This document shows positions 18,059 to 27,342 of a stretch of DNA of 35,656 nucleotides, piece by piece. The position numbers were made by a program, and so were the translations under genes. Below the pieces are notes generated by a model. The model made no database searches, was not told the origin of the DNA, and worked only from the letters and a program-made list of their open reading frames with translations. The DNA is from an uncultured Rhodocyclaceae bacterium (lineage in GTDB: Bacteria > Pseudomonadota > Gammaproteobacteria > Burkholderiales > Rhodocyclaceae). Every line of letters begins with the position of its first letter. Position 1 is the first letter of the stretch. The stretch covers positions 1 to 35,656 of the forward strand of contig CAZOBT010000001.1 of NCBI GenBank assembly GCA_964578025.1, read 5' to 3'.

Positions 18059-19216
18059 ATGTCTAGCACACCTCCCAGCCAAGCGGCTGAAATCAGCCCA
18101 AATGCAAGCCAAAACACCAGCACCAATTTCCCCGAACTGCCCACGGCACGCATTGCTGCTGCCGGGAAATTAGGGCAACAAATTTGGTTAGATAACCTTA
18201 GCCGCAGTTTGGTCAGTGGCGGCGTTGATAGCCCACTGGCGCATTGGATTTTGGAACAAGGCATTTCTGGCCTGACCTCGAATCCAGCGATTTTCTTTAA
18301 TGCCATTAAAAACGATGCCGCCTATCAAGATGATTTGGCGGCGTTGCGCCAAACCTTACCCGGCGATAGCCCCGAAGCGTTAGAGCGGCGGTTTGAAGCT
18401 TTGGTCTTGCCCGATATTCAAGCCGCTTGTGATTTGTTTTTGCCTGCTTACCAAGCCACCAAGGGCAAAATCGGCTATGTCAGTTTTGAAGTCGCGCCCC
18501 GTCTAGCCCATGATGCAGCGGGGACAGTGGCGGCGGCAAAACGTTTGTGGGCAGAAATTGACCGCCCCAATCTGATGATTAAAATCCCCGCAACGAAAGC
18601 CGGTTTAAGTGCAATCACTGACACCATTGCGGCTGGGATCAATGTTAACGTCACGCTGATCTTCTCGAAAAAACAACTGAAAGCGGTACAAACCGCGCAC
18701 CGCGACGGTATTCAACGGCGGATCGGTGCGGGTTTCTCGGTAGACAATATCGCCTCGGTTGCCAGTGTGTTTATCAGCCGTACTGATACCGCCTTAGAAA
18801 AAGTTGAGCCGAGATTACCGAGCGGTCTGCAAGGGCAAATCGCCATTGCCTTGGCGAAAACCATGTATGTGGAATGGTTAGAAGACAATGTGGACAACGA
18901 TGGGCCACGCCAGTTGTTGTTATGGGCTTCTACCGGGACAAAAAACCCGAAATATTCTGACACTTACTATGTGGATAATCTGATTGGCCCATTTACGGTG
19001 AACACCGTTCCCGATGCCACGCTGGCGGCCTTTATCGATCACGGCAAAGTTGAAGCCCCGCCCACCCTGTATCGGGCGCATCCGTGGGCGAATACTGCTT
19101 TGGAGTTCTTAGCAGGTTTAGGCGTTGATCTGGATGTGTTAGGCGAAGAATTACAAGAAACCGGCCTCAAGCAATTTGAAGAAGCTTTTGCCAAGTTACT
19201 TGATTTGGTCGCCTAA
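18059..19216 (+). CDS. tal: Transaldolase (long, actinobacterial/plant-type subfamily)
   Basis: 385 aa. Motifs GQQIWLDNLSR, GLTSNPAIF, and NLMIKIPAT containing the Schiff-base lysine. Confidence 0.88.
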   Translation: MSSTPPSQAAEISPNASQNTSTNFPELPTARIAAAGKLGQQIWLDNLSRSLVSGGVDSPLAHWILEQGISGLTSNPAIFFNAIKNDAAYQDDLAALRQTLPGDSPEALERRFEALVLPDIQAACDLFLPAYQATKGKIGYVSFEVAPRLAHDAAGTVAAAKRLWAEIDRPNLMIKIPATKAGLSAITDTIAAGINVNVTLIFSKKQLKAVQTAHRDGIQRRIGAGFSVDNIASVASVFISRTDTALEKVEPRLPSGLQGQIAIALAKTMYVEWLEDNVDNDGPRQLLLWASTGTKNPKYSDTYYVDNLIGPFTVNTVPDATLAAFIDHGKVEAPPTLYRAHPWANTALEFLAGLGVDLDVLGEELQETGLKQFEEAFAKLLDLVA

Positions 19217-19240
19217 TTTGGTCTGAATCGCCATAAGGCA

Positions 19241-19270
19241 AGCCCCTGATGCTATATCAGGGGCTTTTTT
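19241..19270 (+). terminator. Rho-independent terminator of tal
   Basis: The stem AGCCCCTGAT (19241-19250) pairs with ATCAGGGGCT (19256-19265). The loop is 5 nt and a T6 run follows. Confidence 0.85.
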
Positions 19271-19405
19271 ATTTGGTCTTGGTTTTTCTGTGTGCGCAAT
19301 TGCCAGCGTATTGTTTAAACACTTTGTTACTTTTTTGCGCCTGTGTGATACCAATTTCTTACAAGAAAAGCCCACACTAAAGTCTCACTCACAGGGGAAA
19401 ACATC

Positions 19406-19831
19406 ATGAAAAACAATCGCTTAAACATGCATAAGCCAACAAAAATGGCAGTTTTGCAAAACCAAAACCCACGGATTTCCTTGAAAAATATGGTGATTTT
19501 GCCATTAATCCATGTTTTCTTAGTATTTGGATTAAATGCAAATTCCTACGCGATTCAAGAAAAAGTGTCAATGTCTAATGTTTTAGCAAATATGTCTGAA
19601 ACTGCTAATCCAAAAGAGTTGGGCGCACAAAAGATAGAAGTTGCATTTAACCAAGAAGATCGGCAGCAATTGCGTGACGAAATGCGTCAACAGTGGGGGG
19701 CGAATGGGGATGCCGCCAACCAAAAAGCGTGGAAACAAATGGGAACGGAGGATCGTGAGCGGATGCGTCGTGACATGATCCAAACAGCACCTGTTGATGT
19801 GCAACAGACTGCTAACCAAGTTCGCCGCTAA
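19406..19831 (+). CDS. Small hypothetical exported protein with two EDRxxhRxxM repeats (weakly CpxP/Spy-like)
   Basis: 141 aa. RBS AGGGGAA precedes the ATG. Hydrophobic signal-like segment MVILPLIHVFLVFGLNANSYA. Repeats EDRQQLRDEMRQQ and EDRERMRRDMIQ. Terminators bracket it on both sides, so it looks monocistronic. Confidence 0.5.
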   Translation: MKNNRLNMHKPTKMAVLQNQNPRISLKNMVILPLIHVFLVFGLNANSYAIQEKVSMSNVLANMSETANPKELGAQKIEVAFNQEDRQQLRDEMRQQWGANGDAANQKAWKQMGTEDRERMRRDMIQTAPVDVQQTANQVRR

Positions 19832-19861
19832 TTCACGTTTTACCCACTGTTTTCCCTTGAT

Positions 19862-19890
19862 TAGCCCGTGTGTTCACGGGCTATTTTTTT
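19862..19890 (+). terminator. Rho-independent terminator
   Basis: The stem TAGCCCGTG (19862-19870) pairs with CACGGGCTA (19875-19883). The loop is TGTT and a T7 run follows. Confidence 0.85.
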
Positions 19891-20093
19891 GCCCAAATTT
19901 GCCGCGTCTGGGGGCGTGCAGATGAGTTTGTGTCACAAACGAGCAGGCTGGCAGCGAAAAAATAACAATTTGCCGCCCGAAATAACAATTTATGGTGGGC
20001 GAAATGGCAAAGGAACACGCCAATATTTCCGGCTAATTCCGCAAAAACTGGACGTAAGCGGGTGAGAGTGGCGTTTTGCACCTTGGCGAATTG

Positions 20094-20129
20094 TTAAAAA
20101 GTATTAGGGCAACACTTGGTTGCCCTAAT
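20094..20129 (-). terminator. Rho-independent terminator of the M48 peptidase gene
   Basis: Perfect 11-bp stem ATTAGGGCAAC (20103-20113) / GTTGCCCTAAT (20119-20129). A T5 run follows on the minus strand (AAAAA on plus at 20096-20100). Confidence 0.75.
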
Positions 20130-20175
20130 CTATTTCCTACGGTGCAAGTAACGCTTGCCTAAGTTGCTACTGTTG

Positions 20176-21030
20176 CTACTGAGTTAGCCAATTGCGGCTG
20201 GGGGAATTGCGGTCTGCGCGGGTTTCTTGCATCAGTTGCCGCATTTGGGGTTCTAAGGCCGCTAAGGAGTCGATGCGTTTTTCAGGGGATGGATGGGTAG
20301 ATAAGAAATCGCTATTGCCTTGGTTTCCTGTGGCTGCCATCATCTTTTTCCACAAGCTGACGGCAGCGCGTGGGTCGTAGCCAGCACGGGCGGCGAATTC
20401 AATGCCCATGCGGTCGGCTTCCGTTTCGGCGGTACGGCTATTCGGTAAGGAAACCGCAGCTAAGGCAGCCATGCCTCCCGCCCCCAGAATCGCGTTACGT
20501 TGTCCGTCATTCTTACCCAGCAGCACCGCCGCGAGTGTTACGCCAACGCCTGTTGCCATCGACATCGACATTTTTTCGGCGGAGTGGTTGGCAATGGCGT
20601 GGGCGATTTCATGCCCAATCACTTGCGCCAGTTCATCATCGGTGGGTTTTACTTGATTCAATAGCCCGGTATAAACTGCCATTTTGCCGCCAGCCATACA
20701 GAAGGCATTCACGGTTTTCGGGTCATCAATAACGCGCATCGACCATTTCCAGCCTTGGGTATCTGGGCGATATTTCACCGCTTGTGTAATCAGGCGATTG
20801 GTAATGTATTCCACCCGTTGTGTGATGGCGGGATCACGGCTTAATTTGCCTTCTTTACTTAATGAGCCAACCATTTCGTTATAGGCGGTGAGCGATTCAG
20901 TAATCGCAGTTTGCTCAGAGACCAACATTAATTGCTTACGCCCAGTCATGCTATTGGTCGCACATGCCGCTAATACGGCAGAGGTACAGGCTAACAACAC
21001 AAATCGGGTCATTTTTTTCATCGTTTTCAT
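20176..21030 (-). CDS. M48 family zinc metallopeptidase lipoprotein (LoiP/YggG-like)
   Basis: 284 aa. Lipobox LLACTSAVLAAC. Zinc motif HEIAHAIANH. A downstream glutamate lies in TAETEADRMG. Confidence 0.85.
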   Translation of the reverse strand: MKTMKKMTRFVLLACTSAVLAACATNSMTGRKQLMLVSEQTAITESLTAYNEMVGSLSKEGKLSRDPAITQRVEYITNRLITQAVKYRPDTQGWKWSMRVIDDPKTVNAFCMAGGKMAVYTGLLNQVKPTDDELAQVIGHEIAHAIANHSAEKMSMSMATGVGVTLAAVLLGKNDGQRNAILGAGGMAALAAVSLPNSRTAETEADRMGIEFAARAGYDPRAAVSLWKKMMAATGNQGNSDFLSTHPSPEKRIDSLAALEPQMRQLMQETRADRNSPSRNWLTQ

Positions 21031-21064
21031 CGGGCAACCTAGCTGAAAGTAAGAAAGTTAGAAA

Positions 21065-21391
21065 TTATGCCCGTAGTTTTAAGCCAGCGATGCCCAGCAT
21101 AATCAAAACAATGCACAACAAACGCACAGGGTCTTGCGATTCATCAAACAAATAAATTCCTAACGCCGTTGTGCCTACCACGCCAATCCCTGTCCACACG
21201 GCATAGGCCGTGCCGAGTGGCAAGGTTTTTAAGGTGTAGCCTAACAGCACCACACTCGCCACCATCGCCAACACCGTCCCGACGCTCGGCCAGAAACGGG
21301 TGAAATGCTCGGTATATTTCAAGCCCACCGCCCACAACACCTCACAAACCCCCGCCAAAATCAACACCAACCACGCCCAATTTGTTTGCAT
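21065..21391 (-). CDS. sugE: SMR-family small multidrug/guanidinium exporter (SugE/Gdx)
   Basis: 108 aa with four TM helices. Conserved TM1 glutamate in AGVCEVLWAVGLKY. Motif LGTAYAVWTGIG. Confidence 0.88.
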   Translation of the reverse strand: MQTNWAWLVLILAGVCEVLWAVGLKYTEHFTRFWPSVGTVLAMVASVVLLGYTLKTLPLGTAYAVWTGIGVVGTTALGIYLFDESQDPVRLLCIVLIMLGIAGLKLRA

Positions 21392-21415
21392 TATTTTCCC
21401 TTATTCTTTTAAAAA

Positions 21416-21586
21416 TTAAGCTCGCTTAAATCCCATGCCTTGAATAAAGCGAAAGCCTTCCTCGTCGTTATAGCGACGCAAATTTACCGTTAAACCTTCT
21501 TCCTCGCTAATGCCAGCGGTACGGCAGGCTTCGCGTAGGGGGTATTCGCTTAAAATGCTTCCGCAAGTAATAAAAACAATGGACAT
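21416..21586 (-). CDS. Small hypothetical protein (56 aa from the last in-frame ATG; ORF open to TTG 21676)
   Basis: The ORF lies directly upstream of sugE, with its stop 24 nt before the sugE ATG. It contains three in-frame AAAAAAATGTCC units. No family was recognised. Confidence 0.3.
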   Translation of the reverse strand: MSIVFITCGSILSEYPLREACRTAGISEEEGLTVNLRRYNDEEGFRFIQGMGFKRA

Positions 21587-21670
21587 TTTTTTGGACATTT
21601 TTTTCTTCAAATTTTCATAACACACTGATATAAGACTATTTTTTAGCCTATTTTTCTCGGACATTTTTTT
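21581..21670. repeat. Three exact copies of GGACATTTTTTT (two tandem at 21581-21604, one at 21659-21670)
   Basis: Read directly from the sequence. On the minus strand each copy is AAAAAAATGTCC. They lie in the divergent region between fic and the small ORF/sugE. Confidence 0.9.
21606..21634 (+). promoter_or_regulatory. Candidate sigma-70 promoter for fic: TTCAAA-17 nt-TATAAG with an extended -10 TG
   Basis: TTCAAA at 21606-21611 and TGaTATAAG at 21626-21634 with a 17-nt spacer, 47 nt upstream of the fic ATG. This is a pattern match only. Confidence 0.3.
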
Positions 21671-21680
21671 AGACAAAATT

Positions 21681-22808
21681 ATGGAAAAAATCCAATTAGC
21701 TTGTTTGGAAAATTACGAACGCAAAATAGAAACCGCTCGTTCTGGGCATTTTGTGTTTCAGCTTGGGGTAAATCTACAGGAATTACTGTTACCCATGCAG
21801 CGGTTACAGGATGCGCACCAACGCTTTGCCTCTTCGCCCTTGGCAGAAGTGGCTAACCAACTCGAAAAAGAGGTGGTAGTAAGTAGCATCTTCGGCACAA
21901 ATACCATTGAGGGCGGGCAACTTACCGAAGAAGAAACAGAGGCATTGATTGAGCTGAACCCGGCGCAAATCCAAGAAATTGAACAACGTCGAGTGATTAA
22001 CTTGAAAGCCGCCTACATCAAGGCGCAAATGGAAGCAAAAGCCCCTAATTGGCAACTTTCCATCGACTTTATGCAACAAATTCATGCCCTGATTACTCAA
22101 GACATTCCCCATCCAGACAATCGCCCCGGCGTGTTACGCGATACTCCGAAGGGGCGCATGACGTATGTCGGTGCAGAAAGTCACGGTGGGCGATACAAGC
22201 CGCCGCAATATGGTGGGGATGTGGCACGGCTATTACATGAATTGGTGGATTGGCATCACACACTAGAGGCGCACGGTGTTAGCCCGCTGATTCGCGCCCC
22301 GTTGGTGCATTATTACTATGAGCTAATTCATCCTTTCTGGGATGGTAACGGGCGTGTTGGGCGAGTCATTGAGGTCAGCATTTTATTAGCGGCAGGGTAT
22401 CGTTATGCCCCTTTTGCCTTAGCCCGTTTTTACTTGGATAACATCCATGTCTATTTCACGCTGTTTAACCAGTGCCGCAAAGCGGCTGGTAAGCACCAAG
22501 CCTACCCCAATACGCCCTTTGTGCTGTTTCACCAAGAAGGCATGTTAGCAACGGTGAATCACCTGCATGACAGGGTAAATCGTTTTGTGAGTGTGTTGTT
22601 ATTTGAGCGGCGGATTCGTCAATTATTGGATAACAAAACCATCAATGCCCGACAGCACACCATCTTGGCGCAAATCATGGGGAGAAAAATTACCGTAAGC
22701 GAAATTCGCACCGCACCTTGGTATCAAGGGTTGTATTTGAAGCTTAGCGAAAAAACCAAATCCCGTGATCTAAAGCAACTGGTGGAGATGGGGTTGTTGG
22801 GAGACTAG
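21681..22808 (+). CDS. fic: Class II Fic-domain protein (AMPylase family) with N-terminal inhibitory motif and C-terminal wHTH-like tail
   Basis: 375 aa. Fic motif HPFWDGNGRVGR (22329-22364). Inhibitory (S/T)xxxE(G/N) motif TNTIEG (21897-21914) lies N-terminal to it. Confidence 0.88.
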   Translation: MEKIQLACLENYERKIETARSGHFVFQLGVNLQELLLPMQRLQDAHQRFASSPLAEVANQLEKEVVVSSIFGTNTIEGGQLTEEETEALIELNPAQIQEIEQRRVINLKAAYIKAQMEAKAPNWQLSIDFMQQIHALITQDIPHPDNRPGVLRDTPKGRMTYVGAESHGGRYKPPQYGGDVARLLHELVDWHHTLEAHGVSPLIRAPLVHYYYELIHPFWDGNGRVGRVIEVSILLAAGYRYAPFALARFYLDNIHVYFTLFNQCRKAAGKHQAYPNTPFVLFHQEGMLATVNHLHDRVNRFVSVLLFERRIRQLLDNKTINARQHTILAQIMGRKITVSEIRTAPWYQGLYLKLSEKTKSRDLKQLVEMGLLGD

Positions 22809-22872
22809 GAGAAACCAAAGACAGAAACCACGGCAAATGTTCCAACTTTAGATACACAACAGGTACATGGCT

Positions 22873-22908
22873 AAAAAAGCAAAAAGGCCACGTCCGAAAA
22901 CGCGGCCT
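22873..22908 (-). terminator. Rho-independent terminator after the tRNA (end of the rpoD-tRNA unit)
   Basis: Minus-strand stem AGGCCGCG / CGTGGCCT (one G-U pair) with an 8-nt loop, followed by TTTTTGCTTTTTT. Confidence 0.75.
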
Positions 22909-22924
22909 AAGTGCTTGATTAAAA

Positions 22925-23003
<79 letters not shown>

Positions 23004-23024
23004 TTGAAACTTGTTTTATGCTCG

Positions 23025-25007
23025 TTAGCTGTTATTGCTATCGAGGAAGCTGCGGAGTTTATCAGAACGGGACGGATGGCGCAGCTTGCGCAGTGCCTTG
23101 GCTTCGATCTGACGAATCCGCTCGCGGGTGACATCGAATTGCTTACCGACTTCTTCCAAGGTGTGATCGGTATTCATTTCGATCCCGAAACGCATCCGTA
23201 ATACCTTGGCTTCACGCGGAGTTAAGGTATCAAGGATTTCCTTGGTAATGTCACGCAGGCTGGAATACATTGCGGCATCAGCAGGGGCGAGCGTGGCGGT
23301 GTCTTCGATGAAGTCGCCAAGGTGTGAATCGTCATCGTCACCAATCGGCGTTTCCATCGAGATTGGCTCTTTGGAAATCTTCATGATCTTACGAATCTTA
23401 TCCTCGGGCATTTCCATTTTGTCTGCCAAGGTCGCGGGATCAGGTTCGTTCCCAGTTTCTTGCAGAATTTGGCGGCTGATACGATTCATCTTGTTGATGG
23501 TTTCGATCATATGCACGGGAATACGAATGGTGCGTGCTTGGTCAGCAATCGAACGCGTAATCGCTTGGCGAATCCACCAAGTGGCATAGGTCGAGAATTT
23601 GTAGCCACGACGGTATTCAAACTTATCCACCGCCTTCATCAAGCCGATGTTACCTTCTTGAATCAAATCAAGGAATTGCAAACCACGGTTGGTATATTTC
23701 TTGGCAATCGAAATCACCAAACGCAAGTTGGCTTCGGTCATTTCGCGCTTGGCGCGACGGGCTTTGGCTTCGCCGGTCGACATCTGCTTGTTGATTTCTT
23801 TCAAATCTTTCAAGGGAATGCCAATGCGATTTTGCAGGTTAATCAGCTTTTGCTGTTCTTCCTTAATCGCGGGGGCGTTGCGGCTTAAGATGCCAGCATA
23901 GGTTTTTGCGGCGTTATCAATTTCGGCATCCACCCACGCCAAATTGGTTTCATTACCGGGGAAGCTCTTGATGAAGTGCGGGCGTGGCATGGCGACTTTA
24001 TCCACACAAATCCGCTGAATCTTGCGTTCACAACCGCGTGCGCCATCGACCATGCTACGCACTGAATCACAGAGGCGTTCAATGGTGCGTGAGGTAAAGC
24101 GGATATGGGTTAATTGCTCAGTAATTTGGGTTTGTAATGCAACGTACTCAGGGTCAAGATGGCCTTTGGCGCGTAACACAACTTGGATTTCGTCATACAA
24201 GCGGCGAATTTCGGTAAAACGTACCATCGCATCCGCTTTCAGTTCAGCTAACGAGGCAGACATTGCACCGCCGCCATCTGCGTCGGCTTCTTCCTCTTCT
24301 GCCTCGTCTTCATCCTCTTCTTCGTCCAAGGCATCGGCAGGCACTTCTTCCGCTGCGGCTTCTTCGACGGCATTCGGGTCGACGAGGCCGTCAACCACAT
24401 CATCAATGCGTAATTCTTCGGTTTCGACCTTTGCCACCAAATCAAGGATTTCACCAATCGTGGTTGGGCAGGCGGAAATGGCTTGGATCATGTGCTTCAA
24501 GCCATCTTCAATCCGTTTGGCGATTTCGATTTCGCCTTCGCGGGTCAACAGTTCTACTGTCCCCATTTCGCGCATATACATCCGCACGGGGTCGGTGGTG
24601 CGCCCAAATTCGGAGTCAACCGAAGACAGTGCTTGTTCGGCTTCTTCTTCGGCTTCTTCATCATCGGCGACTGGAGCCGCATTGTCCGACATGAGCAGGG
24701 TTTCGGCATCAGGTGCTTCGTCATAGACCTGAATCCCCATGTCGTTAAAGGTGGTAATGATGCTTTCGATTTGTTCCGCATCGACCACATCATCTGGCAG
24801 GTGGTCATTGATTTCGGCGTAAGTCAGATAGCCGCGCTCTTTACCCAGCTTAATCAGATTTTTGAGACGAACACGACGCGCTTCTGCGTCAACCGGTGCT
24901 TCGTCAGGCGTGCCTTCGAGCAGGGCGCGCTCAGCCTTTTCCTTTGCTTTAGCGGCGCGAACCTTCTGAATTTCCTTCGCGCTTTCCTTTGCCTTGTCCT
25001 TAGCCAT
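23025..25007 (-). CDS. rpoD: RNA polymerase primary sigma factor RpoD (sigma-70)
   Basis: The ORF is open to TTG 25019; ATG 25007 (MAKDKAK) after GGAAG is preferred. Region 2 [41 protein letters not shown]. Region 4.2 [30 protein letters not shown]. Contains an acidic spacer. Confidence 0.97.
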   Translation of the reverse strand: MAKDKAKESAKEIQKVRAAKAKEKAERALLEGTPDEAPVDAEARRVRLKNLIKLGKERGYLTYAEINDHLPDDVVDAEQIESIITTFNDMGIQVYDEAPDAETLLMSDNAAPVADDEEAEEEAEQALSSVDSEFGRTTDPVRMYMREMGTVELLTREGEIEIAKRIEDGLKHMIQAISACPTTIGEILDLVAKVETEELRIDDVVDGLVDPNAVEEAAAEEVPADALDEEEDEDEAEEEEADADGGGAMSASLAELKADAMVRFTEIRRLYDEIQVVLRAKGHLDPEYVALQTQITEQLTHIRFTSRTIERLCDSVRSMVDGARGCERKIQRICVDKVAMPRPHFIKSFPGNETNLAWVDAEIDNAAKTYAGILSRNAPAIKEEQQKLINLQNRIGIPLKDLKEINKQMSTGEAKARRAKREMTEANLRLVISIAKKYTNRGLQFLDLIQEGNIGLMKAVDKFEYRRGYKFSTYATWWIRQAITRSIADQARTIRIPVHMIETINKMNRISRQILQETGNEPDPATLADKMEMPEDKIRKIMKISKEPISMETPIGDDDDSHLGDFIEDTATLAPADAAMYSSLRDITKEILDTLTPREAKVLRMRFGIEMNTDHTLEEVGKQFDVTRERIRQIEAKALRKLRHPSRSDKLRSFLDSNNS

Positions 25008-25063
25008 GACCACTTCCAATGAAATTAGGAAAACCCGAAATTATACTATAACAACCCGATTTT

Positions 25064-26791
25064 TTACGGACGAGTCAAAAGTTGTAGGTAACGTTGTTTT
25101 TCTTCGGCACTTAACCCAGCTACGCCAAATTGTTTGGCTTTGGCTTGTAATTCATCCAAACTGCTCCGCCGTTGCCCATCGGCTAATTTCGCAATTGCCG
25201 CCGCAAACTCCATCTCAATTTCTTCCTCATCCATCGTAAATTCAAGGGCTTCTGCCGCTAGCGTTTCGATCAACGCCTCTTCACCTTGCCCGCGCAAACG
25301 TTCACATAAAGCGGGATAGCTGCTTGGCAAATTATGTGGTAAACACAAGGTGGCTAAACGTTGCAAGGCCGTGCCTTCAGCATCCGCTGCTAAGGCAGCG
25401 ACGGGAATTTGTGCCAAGAGGCTCAGGCGTTGTAGCACCAAGCGCAACAAGGTGCGATTTAACGACGGAGCGCGGCGTGGGCTACGTGCAGGCGGGGTAA
25501 ATTTGCTATTACTGGAGCGTAACTGGCATAAACGCTCGACTTCTTGTTGGCTAAAACCACTGGCTTCCGCCAGTCGTTTCACCAGTTGTAAGCGCAGCAA
25601 GGGCGCGTTGAGTTTGTGTAATAAGGGCTTGGCCTCATGCACAATTTGCGCTTTGCCTTCGGCCTGCGTCAGGTCACAACGTTGCCCTAATTCGCGTAGG
25701 AGGAAATCCGATAAGGGGGCGGCGTTATGCAGCAGTTGTAAAAATCCTGCTGCCCCTTCACGGCGGACATAGCTATCGGGGTCATCACTTTCGGGCAAAA
25801 AGGCAAAGGCCAAGCGTTTATTGTCGCTCAAAGCTTCTAAGGCGTTTTCTAAGGCACGCCATGCGGCTTTACGCCCGGCATTATCGCCATCAAAACAAAA
25901 GACCAGTTTATCGACTTGGCGTAATAGCTTTTGTACATGTGTTGTGGTGGTGGCTGTGCCAAGTGTGGCGACAGCATGACCGACCCCATGTTGTGCCAAG
26001 GCCACTACGTCCATATAACCTTCCACCACAATCACCGTGTTATGTTCGCGTAAGGCTGCACGGGCTTGTGGTAGACCAAATACTTCACGCCCCTTCTCAA
26101 ACAAGGGAGTTTCTGGGGAATTTAGGTACTTTGGTTCGCCTAGACCAATGACTCGCCCACCAAAGGCAATGACTTCGCCCTTGGGGTTAATGATCGGAAA
26201 CATCACCCGTTCACGGAAGCGGTCATAACGGCGGCCTTGTTCGTTACGAATGACGAGACCAGCAGTTTCTAAATCGTTGTTGTCGTAATCAGGAAAAATT
26301 GCCGCAAGGTTTTGCCACGCATTTGGGGCATAACCAATGCCAAACTTAGCGGCAATTTCCCCGGTGAGGCCGCGTTGTTTGAGGTAGGCAATTGCCTCAG
26401 GTGATTGTTTGAGTTGCTCGCGGTAATACTTAGCCGCCCGCGCCATGATCTCTAACAAGCGGGGTGCAAGGCCGATTTGTTGGGGCGGTGTATTGCCCCG
26501 CGTTTCCGGCACACTTAGCCCAACCCGTTTGGCTAAATCATGGATGGCATCAATAAAACCCAAGCCCTGATATTCCATTAAAAAGCTAATCGCCGTGCCA
26601 TGTGCGCCACAGCCAAAGCAGTGATAAAACTGCTTGTTGGGTGACACGGTAAAGGAAGGGCTTTTTTCGTTATGGAAGGGGCAACAGGCCGCATAGTTTG
26701 CCCCGGCTTTTTTCAGTGGGACATAGGCATCAATCAGGTCGACAATGTCGACCCTTGCCAGTAAATCCTGAATAAACGCTTCTGGAATCAT
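25064..26791 (-). CDS. dnaG: DNA primase
   Basis: 575 aa. Zinc finger CPFHNEKSPSF...CFGCGAHG. TOPRIM motifs VVEGYMDV and FDGDNAG. Lies in rpsU-dnaG-rpoD synteny. Confidence 0.97.
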   Translation of the reverse strand: MIPEAFIQDLLARVDIVDLIDAYVPLKKAGANYAACCPFHNEKSPSFTVSPNKQFYHCFGCGAHGTAISFLMEYQGLGFIDAIHDLAKRVGLSVPETRGNTPPQQIGLAPRLLEIMARAAKYYREQLKQSPEAIAYLKQRGLTGEIAAKFGIGYAPNAWQNLAAIFPDYDNNDLETAGLVIRNEQGRRYDRFRERVMFPIINPKGEVIAFGGRVIGLGEPKYLNSPETPLFEKGREVFGLPQARAALREHNTVIVVEGYMDVVALAQHGVGHAVATLGTATTTTHVQKLLRQVDKLVFCFDGDNAGRKAAWRALENALEALSDNKRLAFAFLPESDDPDSYVRREGAAGFLQLLHNAAPLSDFLLRELGQRCDLTQAEGKAQIVHEAKPLLHKLNAPLLRLQLVKRLAEASGFSQQEVERLCQLRSSNSKFTPPARSPRRAPSLNRTLLRLVLQRLSLLAQIPVAALAADAEGTALQRLATLCLPHNLPSSYPALCERLRGQGEEALIETLAAEALEFTMDEEEIEMEFAAAIAKLADGQRRSSLDELQAKAKQFGVAGLSAEEKQRYLQLLTRP

Positions 26792-26824
26792 GGGGCAAAC
26801 GCGGCGGAAGTTAGCTTAGCTGGC

Positions 26825-27292
26825 TTATAACTGGCTTTTCAAAATCGCAGAAACTTCGCCCATATCGGCTTTGCCTGCGAGTTCTGCTTTGAGCTGCCCC
26901 ATGGCTTTACCCATGACGGCAGGGCCAGTTAAGCCAGCGGCTTTAATTTCGCCAACCACACGGCTGATTACGGAGGTAATTTCTTCGGTGCTTAAACGTG
27001 CGGGCAAATAGGCCGTTAACACCTCAATTTCAAAGCGTTCGGCGGCAGCTAAATCTTCGCGTTGTGCCGCTTCGTATTGGCTGACGCTGTCTTTGCGTTG
27101 TTTCACCAGCTTTTCAACCACACTGACCACAGCGGCATCGTCTAAGGTGACGCGCTCATCAACTTCTTTTTGCTTGATTGCCGCCAGTAGTAAACGAATC
27201 GCGCTTAACTTTGCCGCTTCTTTAGCGCGCATTGCGTTTTTCATGTCGTTGTTAATTTGTTCTCTTAAATTGGTGCTCATCATCGTACTCAC
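26825..27292 (-). CDS. yqeY: GatB/YqeY domain-containing protein
   Basis: 155 aa. N-terminus LREQINNDMKNAMRAKE and the AAIKQKEVDER pattern are typical of YqeY. It lies between rpsU and dnaG. Confidence 0.85.
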   Translation of the reverse strand: MSTMMSTNLREQINNDMKNAMRAKEAAKLSAIRLLLAAIKQKEVDERVTLDDAAVVSVVEKLVKQRKDSVSQYEAAQREDLAAAERFEIEVLTAYLPARLSTEEITSVISRVVGEIKAAGLTGPAVMGKAMGQLKAELAGKADMGEVSAILKSQL

Positions 27293-27342
27293 ATCGTTAA
27301 TTTTTTAGAGGGGATAAAACGCAACAGCGAACGAAACCGCAA

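Noticed and set aside
19868-20081. Two overlapping ORFs of 65-66 aa on opposite strands
   Set aside because: They are mutually antisense, have no RBS, and have odd composition. They lie in a repeat- and palindrome-containing noncoding island.
21392-21680. Possible guanidine riboswitch (ykkC, mini-ykkC or guanidine-III) upstream of sugE/gdx
   Set aside because: I looked on the minus strand for paired GC-rich hairpins with ACGR loops and for the ykkC conserved blocks. I found only a weak AT stem around ACGG (TTTA-ACGG-TAAA) and CGTCG-CTATAA-CGACG. Neither fits the known classes. An Infernal scan would settle it.
23206-25022. Several long plus-strand ORFs (for example 24022-24726 at 234 aa and Ser/Ala-rich, 24483-25022, 23460-23888)
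   Set aside because: All lie antisense to the unmistakable rpoD gene. The Ser-rich one mirrors the acidic GAA/GAG-rich spacer of sigma-70. These are typical shadow ORFs with no RBS or family features.
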